Shown one piece after another: positions 26,341-39,050 of a stretch of 64,000 nt of DNA. Position 1 is the stretch's first letter; every line of letters begins with the position of its first letter. Source of the DNA: Tricharina praecox (taxonomy: Eukaryota); contig NW_026250422.1 of the NCBI RefSeq assembly GCF_024521635.1, positions 496,001 to 560,000 on the forward strand. Direction: 5' to 3'. A program made the position numbers and the translations under genes. The notes beneath the pieces were generated by a model. It was given only the letters and a program-made list of their open reading frames with translations. It searched no databases and had not been told where the DNA came from.

Positions 26341-27061
26341 TTCTGCGGCGGAGACCTCTCCTGTGGATTCTTATGGGAAGATGGACAGAACGTGGAAACA
26401 ATTCGAAGACGCTGCGGTTGGTGGGAGAAACGTTAATGGTTCGTGACGAGAGTAAGTTCTGAGACAAGGGTGCCTTCAGTCTGTTGGGGCCAAGAACGCG
26501 TGGACGGTGGACCTGGGTTACACACATGTTTATTACTCAGGCAGTGAAGATATTTTTATACCGAGCCAGGGCCCAGGGTGGAGTTCAAACGGAAGCGAAG
26601 CTCGAACATGTTCATCGCGGGAAACAACGAGTGTCCAAATATCTGAGAGCAGGTGGGATTTGGTGGACCATGAGGCCCACTATTACCGATAGATCTTCCC
26701 CAGGCACCAATGTCTACTCACGTTCGATCACTCACCCCCGCTTCGGCCTGGCCTGGTCGGCGGAGTAGAGTGTGCATATGACGGCTTTGTTAACCCCGCA
26801 CTCTCGTCCAAGCAAGTATGAATGGATGGTATCAGCTTTGTAGCCAAAGAGAGAGCTCGAGACGTGCCAGCCAGGTGACACTAAACCGATAGTCTCGTTC
26901 AATCATGATCCTAGTTTCCGCTCCCGCCAGAACCCATTCCAGCCCGTAGTTAACTCCCCCCACTTTGTTCGCCATCAACTGCAAGCACCATCCACTCACC
27001 GCTCGTGCCCTTCACATCACTCCTCTCTTCAAAGTTTGTTAGTTGAGGGTTCTCTGGCGTG

Positions 27062-29289
27062 ATGACGTTCGCCTCAGCGTAAGGGTCCACCGTGCATACC
27101 GCAATTCTTCAGACATAACGAGAGCCGCTGACATCATTGTGTTTCGCCCGTCCAGCCAGATTCGTCGCCTCGATGCTTCACTCGAAAAACTCCAACTAAC
27201 CCAGCTCGAGCGGATACCGATCACCGAGCCCCCATCCGCTACTGATTCCCACCGCAGCTTTGCCGCCGAATCCGTAACGGCCCACCATGACCGACAGCGA
27301 CAATTCGTCCCCTCAGAGCACGCACAAACCCTCCAGCGGGTGATCCGCCAGCTAGGAAGCGCCGTAGACGGGAATCAGTCATCACAAAAGCTGATGGCCC
27401 TGCTGAAAGAGGCGAACATCACAAATGCGGCGGCAGGATTCAATGCGGCTGAGGCCGGGGAACATAGGACGTATGAGCGCGAGCTGGAGTGGTTGCTGCT
27501 CAGCAGGGCGGCGATTCAAACTTACGGGATTGTTCTTAACTCGCTCGTTGATCAGACGCTCCCGCTGTCGCAAGACTTGTTTTATTGGGATGAGGTGCTG
27601 TCGAGTTACCGGTACACTGCGCTGTACTGTTTGCAGACATCGCCGCACAGGCTGCTGGCGTTCTCAAAGGAGGTACTAGCGGAGAGCCGGAGGCGGTTGA
27701 AGGAGCTTCAGGAGATGGAGCGGCCACAGTTTATGCGTCCCGGTTCCCCGTTATCACCAAGAAATGAACCTCGGCAGCAGGAAGAGCAGCCACGGAAGTC
27801 TGAACCATTGTCGGAAACGGCACGGAAATTCTACGGATTGGTGAAGAATACGCTTCATGACCGGGTTACCCTCCACCGCTTCACTGCCATGTCTCCGTTC
27901 TCCCTCGCCAGACACGAGATCCGTGAGAAGCAAGCTAGCATCCGGAAGCTGCGTGAGATGCAGGCGTCGGCGCTGGGACTGCTGATTGGCGAGGGCCTTT
28001 CGTTCGAGTTTGATGGTGACCATGACGAATGGCGGGGTATCATCGAGCGCGCGGTGTCGTTGATGGAGAATGTTGTGCGCAACGTCTCCCTGGTTGAAGC
28101 ACAATCACTGAATGAATTCGAAGAAAGCGTCTTCGACTTTCACTCGGAGGAGGGAGAGGAAAATACGCACGGATCGTCAGGTTCCTTGCAGATAAAAACA
28201 AACAATCCCCCGAATAAAGCCACTGCGGCGCTCTGCGCGCACCTGCAAGACATACTGGTCCAGCACCTACCGGCGCAAGCCACCGCTTCAAGGGAGATCA
28301 TGAGCACGCACGGCCGACCCTCCAAGCTCACCCGGTACTGGCTCCCCGCAACAGCACTTCTACTATCGTCCACGACGATCCTCCGCATCCTCGTCAACCG
28401 CCAGGAGGAGATCAAAACGTGGATCATGGAGCTCGGTACGACGATCATCGACTTCTGGGCCAACTGGGTAGTCGAGCCAACACGCAAAGTCATCGGCACC
28501 ATCCGCCACAGCGAGGACTCGGAGGTGGCGCTCATGAGCCGCAAGAGTCTGGCGGCAGACATGGAGAGTCTGGAGCGCATGGTCGTCGACTTCGCCATCG
28601 ACAATCCCAACGGCACGGGGTCCCTCTCCACCCAGGAAATCGAGCTGGTTCGCGCAAACGTCAAAGAGGGCGATCTCACCCCTGTCCTCAAAGCCTACGA
28701 GCACGACCTCCGGAAGCCTTTCCAGGGCGCTATCAAGGGCGAGCTCGTACGTGCCCTTCTCATCCAAATCCAGAAGACAAAGGTCGACGTCGAAGTCGCC
28801 ATCACAGGTATCGACCGCTTGCTTAAGTCGCAAGAGCTCGTCTTCGGCTTCGTCGGACTGACCCCAGGACTCTTCATCTCTGTCGTCACCGCGCGGTGGA
28901 TCGCCGGGATGTTTCGCGGGAAGCAGCAGAAGGGCGGGCATCAGCGTGCACAAATCGTTAGGAGACTGCGAAATGTCGACAGAATCCTTACGGGCAGTGG
29001 CGCCATCAGGGGGCAGAACGAGGGTTGTCTGAACTACAAGGAGCACGGGCTGCTGCTGTGCGAGGTCCACGTCCTTATGGAGGACGCGAGGATGGTGCTT
29101 AACCGCACGCTGTTGGGCGATTTCGTGGCGGACCTGGAGGAGCTGGTCGATGTGAGGGGCGGTGTCAAGAAGCAATTGAAGGTTGTCGAGAGGATTCGAT
29201 GGTGAGTTTCACTTCCGTTCTGGTCCGCAGTGCGCGGGAAAAGGCTGACGAGCGAATGATCCAGGGCGTATGCACGTTGGCTGAAGTAG
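27062..29289 (+). CDS. NCA2: Nuclear control of ATPase protein 2 (3 exons)
   Basis: Exons 27062-27078, 27156-29201 and 29265-29289. Motifs GRPSKLTRYWLP, FWANWVVEP, SLERMVVDF, GELVRALLIQIQKTKVDVEVAITGIDRLLKSQELVFGFVGLTP. Confidence 0.9.
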
Positions 29290-30337
29290 GTTGATGGAGG
29301 TTGCATATTATCGGTGGCATGGAGACATCTTTCGGTAGCCGATAGAAGTTGTGTTTCGAGCATACCTGTACCTGTACCTGTTCTCTACTGTGCCTACCAA
29401 GTAGTTACAAATTTGAACGCCTCAAGTAGAAGCTGGATATGTAACGGTATTGCTATCACTCGTGTCTTCGGGCTCTTTTCAACAGAAATGGCATAAGGAA
29501 GTCGTTACCGTCTCATCCGATGACAGTCATGATGGTCGGCCAATTATAAGGACTGAATCATGGGTCAATCGGTTCAGCAACAATCCATCCTCAAGATACG
29601 CTGAGTGAGAGGGCATGAAGATCTCCAGCTACCACGATGTCACGACTCACACCAGGCGTATTTTCACCCCAAGGGGTGTGATATCCGTAGACACGTATGC
29701 ATACCCGTTCGAGGAGCAGTCAAGCCAGCTGGTATCAATGTACCACAGCTACATGTACTCCTGTTCCAAGACGCAGAAATTCTCGGATGACTAGGCCTGT
29801 ACGCTGAGCACTCGATAACGGTGGGGGAAGGGGAGGTCGTGGTCGAACCGCGAGTGAGTTCTGGTGCGGCCGTCAGGAGTCTCGATAAGGTATTTCCTTT
29901 TACATACATCTAGTCCCGCGGATGTAGTTCCTGGTAGACTGCCAGCTCCTACATATTCGAACCAGACTGTGGATACCAACCGCAACAGACACGCGGTGTG
30001 GACTCAAGCCTGGCGACATTACTCGAAACGCCAAACTTGAGTGCGTACATCAGGCAGAATGGATGTCAATGACGTTCAGAGATCACAGTTGAAATAGCAC
30101 ATTGTTCACGACCACCCACATCACACCTTATCACATCACACAGCACGGTCTCAAAATCCCCATAATCATCGCTGCATTCAATCATTCATTCCCTTTACCA
30201 CTCCATCCTATCTATCCTCTTCACCTCGAAAATCTGTCCACCACTTCTCGAATCAGCCACCTTGCCCTTTCACATCCCCTTCCCCCCCTTCGCCGCAGCA
30301 GGCAGTAGGCAGCAGAAACACATTTTTCCGGAATCCA

Positions 30338-30435
30338 CAAAATCAGTCGAAAGATGAAAAGTCGAATAGTTTTCTCAATCATTAGGCGTTTGACCGCCCG
30401 TATGCATTAGCATGGTATTTGTTACATCATCTGGT
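30338..30435 (-). ncRNA. Box C/D snoRNA, double guide (25S rRNA domain I; 18S Am796-equivalent and/or U6 Am53-equivalent)
   Basis: Box C ATGATGT at 30430-30424, degenerate D' CATA, C' ATGATTG, box D CTGA at 30346-30343 and a terminal stem. Guides are CTTTTCATCTTTC (antisense to 25S GAAAGAUGAAAAG) and CCATGCTAATG (antisense to (C)AUUAGCAUGG). Confidence 0.8.
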
Positions 30436-30668
30436 GTATTCCGTGTGTTCTTTTTACTGCTGCCCTGCTGCTGGTTCGCCAGTGTGGGGGAAAGCCAAAA
30501 AAAATCTTACATTAGTTGTTTCGCCGCCTGGCGGGTCGAGGTGAGAGGTGAGGTGAAAAGGTAGGTTGGGAAGAAGGTGGGATGGAGATGGATGTCTGGT
30601 GCAGAGTTAGCAACTGCGCGTGGAGCAAAAAGTGTGTGAGATGTGTGGGAAAAGTGGGGGGATTTCTT

Positions 30669-30757
30669 CAAGATCAGATACGTCCGTTTGGAAAAGACAG
30701 GTGTAATCACCATGACCATGGTCTGATAGGGGCGACACGAATAGCTCATCATTTGGA
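30669..30757 (-). ncRNA. Box C/D snoRNA, snR60-like (guide for 25S Gm908-equivalent)
   Basis: Box C ATGATGA at 30752-30746, guide TCGCCCCTAT plus D' CAGA, C' GTGATTA, box D CTGA at 30677-30674 and a terminal stem. The D'+5 rule points to the second G of 25S AUAGGGGCGA. Confidence 0.85.
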
Positions 30758-31176
30758 AGAAGAAGTGGCTCCGGAGGAGGTATGTAGTGGAGGGAGTGGG
30801 TTGAGGGAGTGGAGAGGAGAGTAACATACCATAAACCGTGCCCGCTCATCGGCGGGAAGCTGTGTCTGCTGCTGTGTCTGCAGCTCATGCCGGTGCGATA
30901 CGGTGTGGAAAGAAAGAAGGAAACAGGAGGGACGGACACGCTCGAACCTTTAAACCCCCTCCCGCTCAGAAAAATTTCAGAGCGTGCGAGTTGCTAGTAG
31001 TTACCCTGCAATCGGCCAAATCCCATCCTCCAAACCCACGCTAACCATGCCTTAGTAGCGTAACCTAACTCCACGACCTCCCGCCGCCCCACGCCTCCCG
31101 CTCCACGCGACTAAGTTACATGCCAACGGCCCAACCGCACCCCCACCACCACCAAACCTCCACTCCACTCCACTCG

Positions 31177-31617
31177 ATGCCGACCTTCACCTCCAAATCC
31201 TTCCGCTCGTCCTCCGCGAGTGCTGAGCGAACAATCGGCGCGCTTTACCGGCGGCACCTCGCGAAGCACCCGTTCCTTCTATTCGGGCTGCCCTTCATCG
31301 GCACGATCGTAGCGGGCAGCTTCTTTCTGACGCCCGCGACAGCGCTGCGGTACGAGAAGCACGACCGCAAGGTGCAGCGCATCTCGCAGGACGAGGCTAT
31401 GGGTTTGAGTAAGGACCGCCGCAAGGTCGATCTTAACGAGGAGTACTACGTATGCATGCACGCGCGCCTGGCTGTGGATGATGATGGGGGTGTTGCGCGG
31501 CGGAGTTCTAATCTAATCGCTGGGTGAGATTTATAGAGACTGGCTACCAAGGATATTGATAACTGGGAGCAGAAGAGGGTGGAGAGGCTCAAGGGCGAGC
31601 ATGATGGCAAACTGTAG
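31177..31617 (+). CDS. COX16: Cytochrome c oxidase assembly protein Cox16 (2 exons)
   Basis: HPFLLFGLPFIGTIVAGSFFLTPATALRYEKHDRK..VDLNEEYY|RLATKDIDNWEQKRVER. Intron at 31450-31536. Confidence 0.93.
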
Positions 31618-31900
31618 GCGGCGGCTTCAGCTGCCACGGGTGTGTACTATCACCGACAACGACGAAGTATACAGTATAAGATTACCATTATTTGCCACTG
31701 AAGCTCATCTTCTCAGCACAAACTTAATGATGTAAAAAAACACAACCTAGTCTTCTCTAGTACAGGTGAGGGTAGCAACCGTTGACCCCAGCAAACACAA
31801 CACAGGAGGACAGAATGCCACAGAAAAGAAGAAAAGAAGAAACCAAACACCGGATATGCAGAGGGTATCAGCCAAAGTAAACAACGAATCCGAATACAAT

Positions 31901-34900
31901 CTAATGGTTCGCCTGCATGTAGAACCCCGTGCCCTTGGTACCGGACCCCAGACTGACGATCTGTGAGTCATCTTGGTCCTTCAGGGCGTACGAACTAAAG
32001 TAGAAGCCCATCGCCACCGTGAAGTAACTCAGGATAAGGATGGTGCCCTGCGTGCGTCAGTATTGAGTGCGGTAGTGGCATGGAGACGTTGTCTTACCTT
32101 AAAGTAGTTGCTCTTTCCCTCGCCGTACATGTACGAAAGTAGGAACACGCAGAGAATAACCGTGACGAGATCCCATTGCGGGAAGATCATGCTAAACGTG
32201 TGGCTGATCAAGTCTTCGGGGGCGAGGGAAGTACTGTAGATCGCGCTGAACAGGACCAATGCTGGAATCTGAAGCAGACACACTTGCAGAGCGTACGCCG
32301 AACCAATCTCCATACTCAAGGCAATGTTTCCGTTCATCGCAAAGGAAATAGCGTTCTGGATGCAGTGTCAGCAGGCTGGCATTACCGGTAGATATAGAAT
32401 GGGGATTGTTACCAAGAACTCAGTAGTATTAGGAACCAAAGCAAACAGAGTGAATCCTAAGAACTTCTCATCGATATCAAAGTTCTCTAGAACAACGTCG
32501 ACGGTATTGACAAGGATCTCGGCAATAACCGCATACAAAACAGTGGCGCCCAAAAGAACGACGGAGCTCTTCGTCCTGCCCCAGTTGGGGGCGTCGTGAC
32601 CACCTGCGTCCGCGGCTTCTCCACCAACGGGAACATCTTCGTCCATGGCGGATGCCATCGTTGTGAGTGCTGGCTTCGGCGTCGTCGGCGTTCGTCTCAC
32701 GCTGTGCCGTTGGACATCTTGCACCGCAGCAGCGGCGGCCGCGGCAGCCATCTCAGCCACGCCATGAACCAGACGTGCGTTCTCTTCGCTCGACAAACCA
32801 GGGATACTGACGGGAGGTTGTGGAGCGGCGTCCATCTGGTTGGGATCTTCCTGAACCGGTGAAAGGGTATCACCCGCGGACCGCGGAGGCGCCCTATGCA
32901 AAGTTGTTCCTGGCGCCGCTGGTGTGCCGTCCTGTCGGAAGCCGGCACTGCCGAGTGATTGCCCAAGGATGCGTTTGTAGAGCTGGGACTCATGGATAGA
33001 TGCAGGTGTGCGGGCATCATATCCATGAAGGGAACTGGCATCCTGGTACCGTGCGAATCCGCGCGAAGCATCGGCGGCAGAAGAGGCAGCTCCATGGGCA
33101 CTGCTCGGGCCGTGGACGGGTGCGGGGTGAGCGGTCGGAGGCGCCTGCCAAATGAGAGCGGCATGCGTTCTCAGGGTGAACCACGAACCGACAACATATG
33201 AGATGAACAAGAAAGCGGCTGAGATCCAAACGTATGGTTGGACAGCCTGCTTGTAAAACCGGTCGCCAGGAGTGGGTGGTGTCTGGTAAAAGGCACATCT
33301 GCGACAGTCGGCGTCATACGGTGTACCCAAGGACTGACAGGAAACACAGCTAAGCTCGTACTGTCGAACAAGGTCAGTATGTAACACGGTGCGAACATCA
33401 TAGAAGCACAAACCGAGCCATAGATCTGATAAAACAACGTCGGCGCAAATGCCGCGATCACCGAGAACAGCAACATCGTCGAGGTCACACCGGCAGATTT
33501 TGCGTTGAATCTCTGCGTCTTCCTTATGATCGCTCCAGAACACATGCTGATACCGGGCATGAAAACGACACCGGCGAAGATGCTGCCCACTATACTTCCT
33601 TCCACCAGACGTCCCTTGCCCTCGGACAAGGCAACGCAGTACAAGTAGACTTCCACGATCGTGGAGAAGAAAGCGTTGATCGTGGCACCCATACCCATAC
33701 TGGACTGGGCCGAGATGGATGCAACCGCTTGGCCGATGAAATAAGCCAATGGAATAACTGAACACAACGCCAAGGTGAATATAGTCGCAGGAGCGGTCAA
33801 ACCACTAGGGGCCAAAAGGCCCCTTAGGATATAGTAATCGGCGATGACGAAAATTACCACACCCAAAAGGTTGATGAAGAATATATTGGTACCGTCCACG
33901 GTGTACTTGTAGTACTTCCAACCGACGGCACGGTAGGTGCACAGTAAAATCGATGTCGAGGGCGTTCCCGGCCTCCGGCTCCAGGTGTGATCCGAATGGA
34001 ATGATAGCGCCAACGGATGTCTCCTGAGATGGTCAAGTAGAAGGGAAGTAACCTTCGCCATCGGTATCGAGAAGACAAGAAGCCAACAGGCCCCGGACAC
34101 TAAGAGTAACATAGGAGCTATCACCGCATAAAACCAGGCATAGAACAAAACACGCCCAAAGCTCCACTGGCCACGCCCGAAGAACCTCGTCTTCCTCTCG
34201 GAACCGACAGTAACACCCGTGATCAACCCGGTTCTCTCACCTGCTCCGAGTAGGGACTCGGCTTCACTAACGGTGTCTATGCTATCTCTCCGGCGGCCAA
34301 CGATGGACCGCTGCGTGTGTGGACCGAAGAATGTTCTACCTGCTTCAATGTCGCCCGCCTGCCATTGTTCGTATTCACTGATGCTCCTGCCCTCACCTTC
34401 GTCCTCCTCGGCGTACGATTCGTCCTGTTTCAGTTCCACGAAGCGTCCGAACGGGTAAAGGAGGTAATAAGCCAATCCGATAAGGACCATTCCGTATTGC
34501 CGGTTGCTGTAGCTGAAGAAGAATATAAAACAAGTGATACCGGCGAACGCGGTGATGGCAGCCATCCACCATCCGAACAGCAAAACCCACAGGATGTTGA
34601 CGAAGAATAAGATGGGCCCAACACTGCCGCCCGGAGCGGAGTGGATATCGCCTTCGGCCGTCTTCTGGACGGATCTACTCTTCTTGTAAAGCGCGGGCTT
34701 CCAGATCCTGATACCGAACGGATGCGTTTGGTTGATCGCTTGTTGCCGGTCCTAAAGTCCGGGAGTCAGAAAAGCCGCCGGGAAAGTCGCGCAAGATAAG
34801 AAGTACCCACCTTCAAGGTAAAGGAGTTAACGCTTCCAGCGTCGCTAGATTCGTACGAGTCCGCCCTCATGGTGCCCTCTTCCGCTTCCACATCGTCCTG

Positions 34901-35780
34901 CTCAGCCTGCTGGGCAGCCGCCTGGCTCGTCTCTTGATCGGAGCTCTCGTCGGGGTCGTCCTCCACGTTGGGTAGTACCTGTTGCGTAGTCCGTCGGCGC
35001 AACAGCTGGGACCGTCGCCTCATTCCGGAAAACGAGATGCTCGAGATCGATGACGCCGTCCGGGCTCTCTGGTCCTCTTCGACTTCTTCTGGTTCGTCTT
35101 CGGCGCTAAACTCCTGTCTGATGCACACACAACACGCGTGATGTCAGCGAATGCCACGGGTGGGGGGTGAGGGGGAAGAAGGGGGGGAAGAAGGGGGGGA
35201 AGAAGGGGCGCAAATTATATGCAGGCGGTATATACCCCTTATGCGGATGTGTAGACGAAGCTCTCCGTATGTTCGACGGCCGCGCTCTAACTTTTTTGTC
35301 CGGTGACACGATATCTCGCAGGGACGATTTCGAAGACGCTCTCGAGAGGGTTGAGGGTTGCTCTGCACCACCGGCAGGACGTTCACGCGCCGTGTTGAAT
35401 GATTCGACCGAGCCTGCAGAAGGTTGTGTTAGTTGGTGCCGTTGTTTTATCTGCTCTGCCACCTCCGCAGAATATATAATACCGCGTAGGGGTGGTGATT
35501 ACTTACTGGGAATAACTCCGGCTTCCGTATCTCCCACACGTCTGACGGTCCCCGTCGAGCGCCCGCTTGCAGCGCTTGTCGAATACGGCTGCTCCTCGAG
35601 GTTGTTGTTGTTGTCGGGGGCCGACATCTCGGAGTCCTGATAGTTGCCGGGGATGGCTATAGGAGCTGAAGAGGAGCTGTTGCTGCTGTTGCTGCTGCCA
35701 CTGCCACTGCTTCTTCTTATTCTGCTGTCGACGCTGTGGTAGTCTGGGATTGCAGTAGTCCTCTTTTTGGCAGGGCTCAT
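31901..35780 (-). CDS. VNX1: Vacuolar cation/H+ antiporter, CaCA family (Vnx1-like), multi-exon
   Basis: DRQQAINQTHPFGIRIWKPALYKK, GQAVASISAQSSMGMGATINAFFSTIVE, GSIVGSI, LFALVPNTTEF, LSMEIGSAYALQV, EGKSNYFKG. Many transmembrane segments. Confidence 0.88.
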
Positions 35781-38700
35781 GATTTCGCTTTAAGTGGGGG
35801 GGCGGGGGGGAGAAGAGTTATGTACTCTGCAGGCAGCGGTACTGTATGGTATGTACCAGGGCTCTGCAGGTTTTCGTGGGGTGTGTGGTTGGGCAGGAGA
35901 CTCGCAGATGATTCGGCGGATGACGCGACAAGCAGAGGGTGGGATGACCCGATATCTAGACCGGGAGCAGAGTAGTCACGCAGCGCAGGCAGCTGGAGTA
36001 GAGTAGAGTACCGAAGGACGTTGATATGGAGACGTTCAACTCGTGCGCCCACCACTCTAGGTTCTACATATGATATCTACTCTGCTCTGCTCTACTCCAC
36101 TCCACTCCACTCTATTCAAGATATATACTCCACGAGTACTTCACTCGCCTCCACGGTAGTTGCTCTAGATACCTGCTCTAAGTACATATGATATGCATCC
36201 AGTCCCTCAAGTCTACTACTTTAGCTCGGCAGAGTTGATCCGGACGCTACTGCTGCTCCCCCCTCACTAGTAAACTCTACGCAGCGTCTCCGTGCTTTTC
36301 TTGCGCACAGCCGTGCGGAGAAACGTTGGAGGACGATGATACAACTGCGCGGCATGCTGTGGGATGTCTGGATATTAAAAACCAGTATGACATCGTTTGT
36401 GGCAGGCGATTACCAACCTACTTTGCCTACGGGGGGCTTGTCCAACAATTAACTTCGGCGAGGGAACATCCCATGTACCTATGATATGTATCATACATAC
36501 AAGTACTTGGTACTTCTTGTCAAGGTAACTATTGACCACTGTTGGCCCCACCCCCGAAGTGCCCAGGCGACTTCATCGAGTAAAATCACCGGTATGTATT
36601 CACCTATCAGCGCTACTGTAGCGAGATTCCCTACGGATTTCAGATGGACGCACACAATGTCTCCTAGAGTACCCAGAATAGAGTACAAATACGCAACGTA
36701 CCAACTGCATGGAGGAGACGATCGTACTCTGTACCCGAGTTGAGGCCGAATTCGGGATCGCGGGCCCCCGTTTTCTCGTTCCCTTGCCCTTGGCATCACA
36801 TCTCCAGACCCTGGCCCGTCGTCATTTTACCGGCGAGCGTTGATCGTATCGAATATGTATCTACTCTACCGGTATCTATGCCTGCGCCGAGGGCACTGGA
36901 AACGAAGAGGTTATGATGGACACGTGCACTCGACGGAAGATAAGGAAGTATCCATGGGGTCGGTCTATGGTGGCCGCAATAATAATATTTGCTGCCCACC
37001 AGGGTGCCGTGACGCCGGCAGCGGAATTTCGCACAGCTGTAAGTACCAAAACCACCTGTAGCGCGATTAACGCGAAGGGTATGATGTATCGGTTTCAACG
37101 ACGCATTCTCCAGTATGTACAAACAGAAATTCGTAACGCGGAAAACCCCTCGCAGAATCACATTCTTCATCGCAAATGATCTTCAATAACCTGGCCCAGA
37201 ACCATGTTTCCCGAACCCATGCCCTCTTTTCGGCTTCAGCTTGGCAGGTATCCTTTTACTCCTCCGCCTCCGGAACATTATGCTCCAGCCTCGTGATACT
37301 GAGGGCATAGTGCAACCACATGATCCGCACCATCAAATATTTTGGTGAGTCCATCGGCACAACTTTGTACCGGTACGTGGCTTGTGCAATACACTGAGAA
37401 TCTGTTTTTCGATTCTGTCAACTAAGTGGTGATATCGAAAAAGCGTATGGCGGCTGCACAGGAGAATTTACCAAATGTAGGAACCGAAACTCCACCGTAG
37501 ACTAAGCAACACGGCACAACTGTTCTTGAGTGAGTAGGCACGTAGTTGAGGGGGATGAGGCAGCGCCGAGCCTGTAATACTTAGCGCTGATGGAGGCGGT
37601 GGAGGCGGTGGAAGTATTGATGGCCGCTGTAACAGTGGACACAGCAGTATCCAATTCTAGTTTGAAAGGGTCGTTCGACGCGTTGTTTTGAACGTCCACG
37701 ATTATACTACCAGCCAAGACGTCCGGTGGATCCGACAGTTGAGCCCGCAGCCTTGTCACCGACGACCTCCCTCCCACTGTCGTTGGGATCCTCTCCGGCG
37801 TTGGGGGTGACTGCCTCTAGTTGAGGATTCATGTTGATCCCGTGTCGAGGTGAGCCCGCTGGGTAGTCGCATCGGCCCCGACAGAGAGCGGTGGAGCAGA
37901 TCAGAACAACCTCGAAAGATGTTTGCATAGAAACTGGAAACACTAAACCGACTGACTTGTATACAAGACAGTGCCGGAATTCTTCCGCTACTCCATACGA
38001 TAGTCGGATCAGCGTATGATGCATTATTCTGTTCGCGGTCGTCCACTTGAGATGGTTGGCTGCGAGGGCGCATATTGGCACAATTTCCCGGTCCCTACTA
38101 CTGTAGGTACAGAATATCGATAAAGAGCTTCCCGCAACTAGCGGTGTCGGCTTTCTCGCGGGCACTGGGTCTTGAATCTCGATCCGTGTTTGTGCAGTTC
38201 GGCACGGGAGGGGCGGGGGAGATGTGCACCGACTTACTCTGGAATCTGGACCGATGCATTCGTCCAGACTCCAGAGGGCCAATAACGGCAGCGAAGATCG
38301 GTCCGGTCCGGTGGTGTTGCTCTGAGCGAATGTGCGCTTACGACTCCCCTGTTCTGCTCAATCTTGATTTCACCGTTCGGGGGTGCGGGTGTAACTGGCC
38401 AGTTTCCGCAAGGTAAGCAGTCGGCGATGGCGGCATCACTCACTGCTGTCTTTGGAGGTCGATGGGAGATTAGTTTTCAACAGGTTGTCGAGTTTTTAAC
38501 GTGCGAGGCAAGAAAGTAGAGTAAGCTGCCATGACCGGACGCCTGTGGGAGGGATTAGCTGGTGGTTCTACGTAGGCGCCGCAGGGTTGGAAATATCACT
38601 CGCACCGCGGGTTAGGGTTGCTGTGAGAGGTTCATTAAGCGCTGTATTTATTGGTCGAGAGGCGGCTGAGCAGAGGGAGAGGGTCAAAGACTTGTCGGCG

Positions 38701-39050
38701 CTGCGAGTAATGCTGGTTGGCAAGGCGAGGTACTCGTATGTTGCGTGGATTGGAGCGAAGTTACTGTGGTGTGCCCGGGGACCACATGCATTCCTATCAC
38801 TTATGTAATCCGCGTGCCAAGACAAAGCATCATAGTGAGTATCACGTGCTATCAGTGTAACAAGGTAGCCCACTGCTCATCATCATCCTAAGCCAGGCCA
38901 AACACAAACTACCATCAACCGCCCCACCCATCTATCATCATCAACTCGCTCTCCATCTCCATCCATCGGCCATCCGTCTATACCGATCGATATATCACCA
39001 ACCCTTCATACGCGCCCCTCCGACCACAATCGAGACATCAGCCAGCAGCC

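Larger units (their letters stand above)
30150..30950 (-). ncRNA. Non-protein-coding spliced snoRNA host transcript (ends approximate)
   Basis: Intron 30829-30596 (GTATGT..GCTAAC..CAG) and intron 30510-30234 (GTAAGA..GCTGAT..CAG) each hold one C/D snoRNA. The spliced exons give only very short ORFs. Divergent from COX16. Confidence 0.75.

Noticed and set aside
29538..29604. ATGATGG..CTGA..CTGA pattern resembling a C/D snoRNA (similar partial patterns near 6936, 15061, 44944 and 51044)
   Set aside because: No recognisable rRNA-antisense element, terminal stem or correct spacing.
31606..31617. COX16 C-terminal GKL as a peroxisomal PTS1, and stop-codon readthrough signals at gene ends
   Set aside because: Cox16 is a mitochondrial inner-membrane protein, and I saw no TGA-CTA readthrough context at the gene ends I checked.
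36500..38450. Scattered splice-like signals and short ORFs on the minus strand between VNX1 and RPT6
   Set aside because: I could not build a phase-consistent model or recognise any domain.
38800..39050. Rpn4/PACE element upstream of RPT6
   Set aside because: No canonical GGTGGCAAA is present. Only a CACGTG near 38843, which is too short to call.
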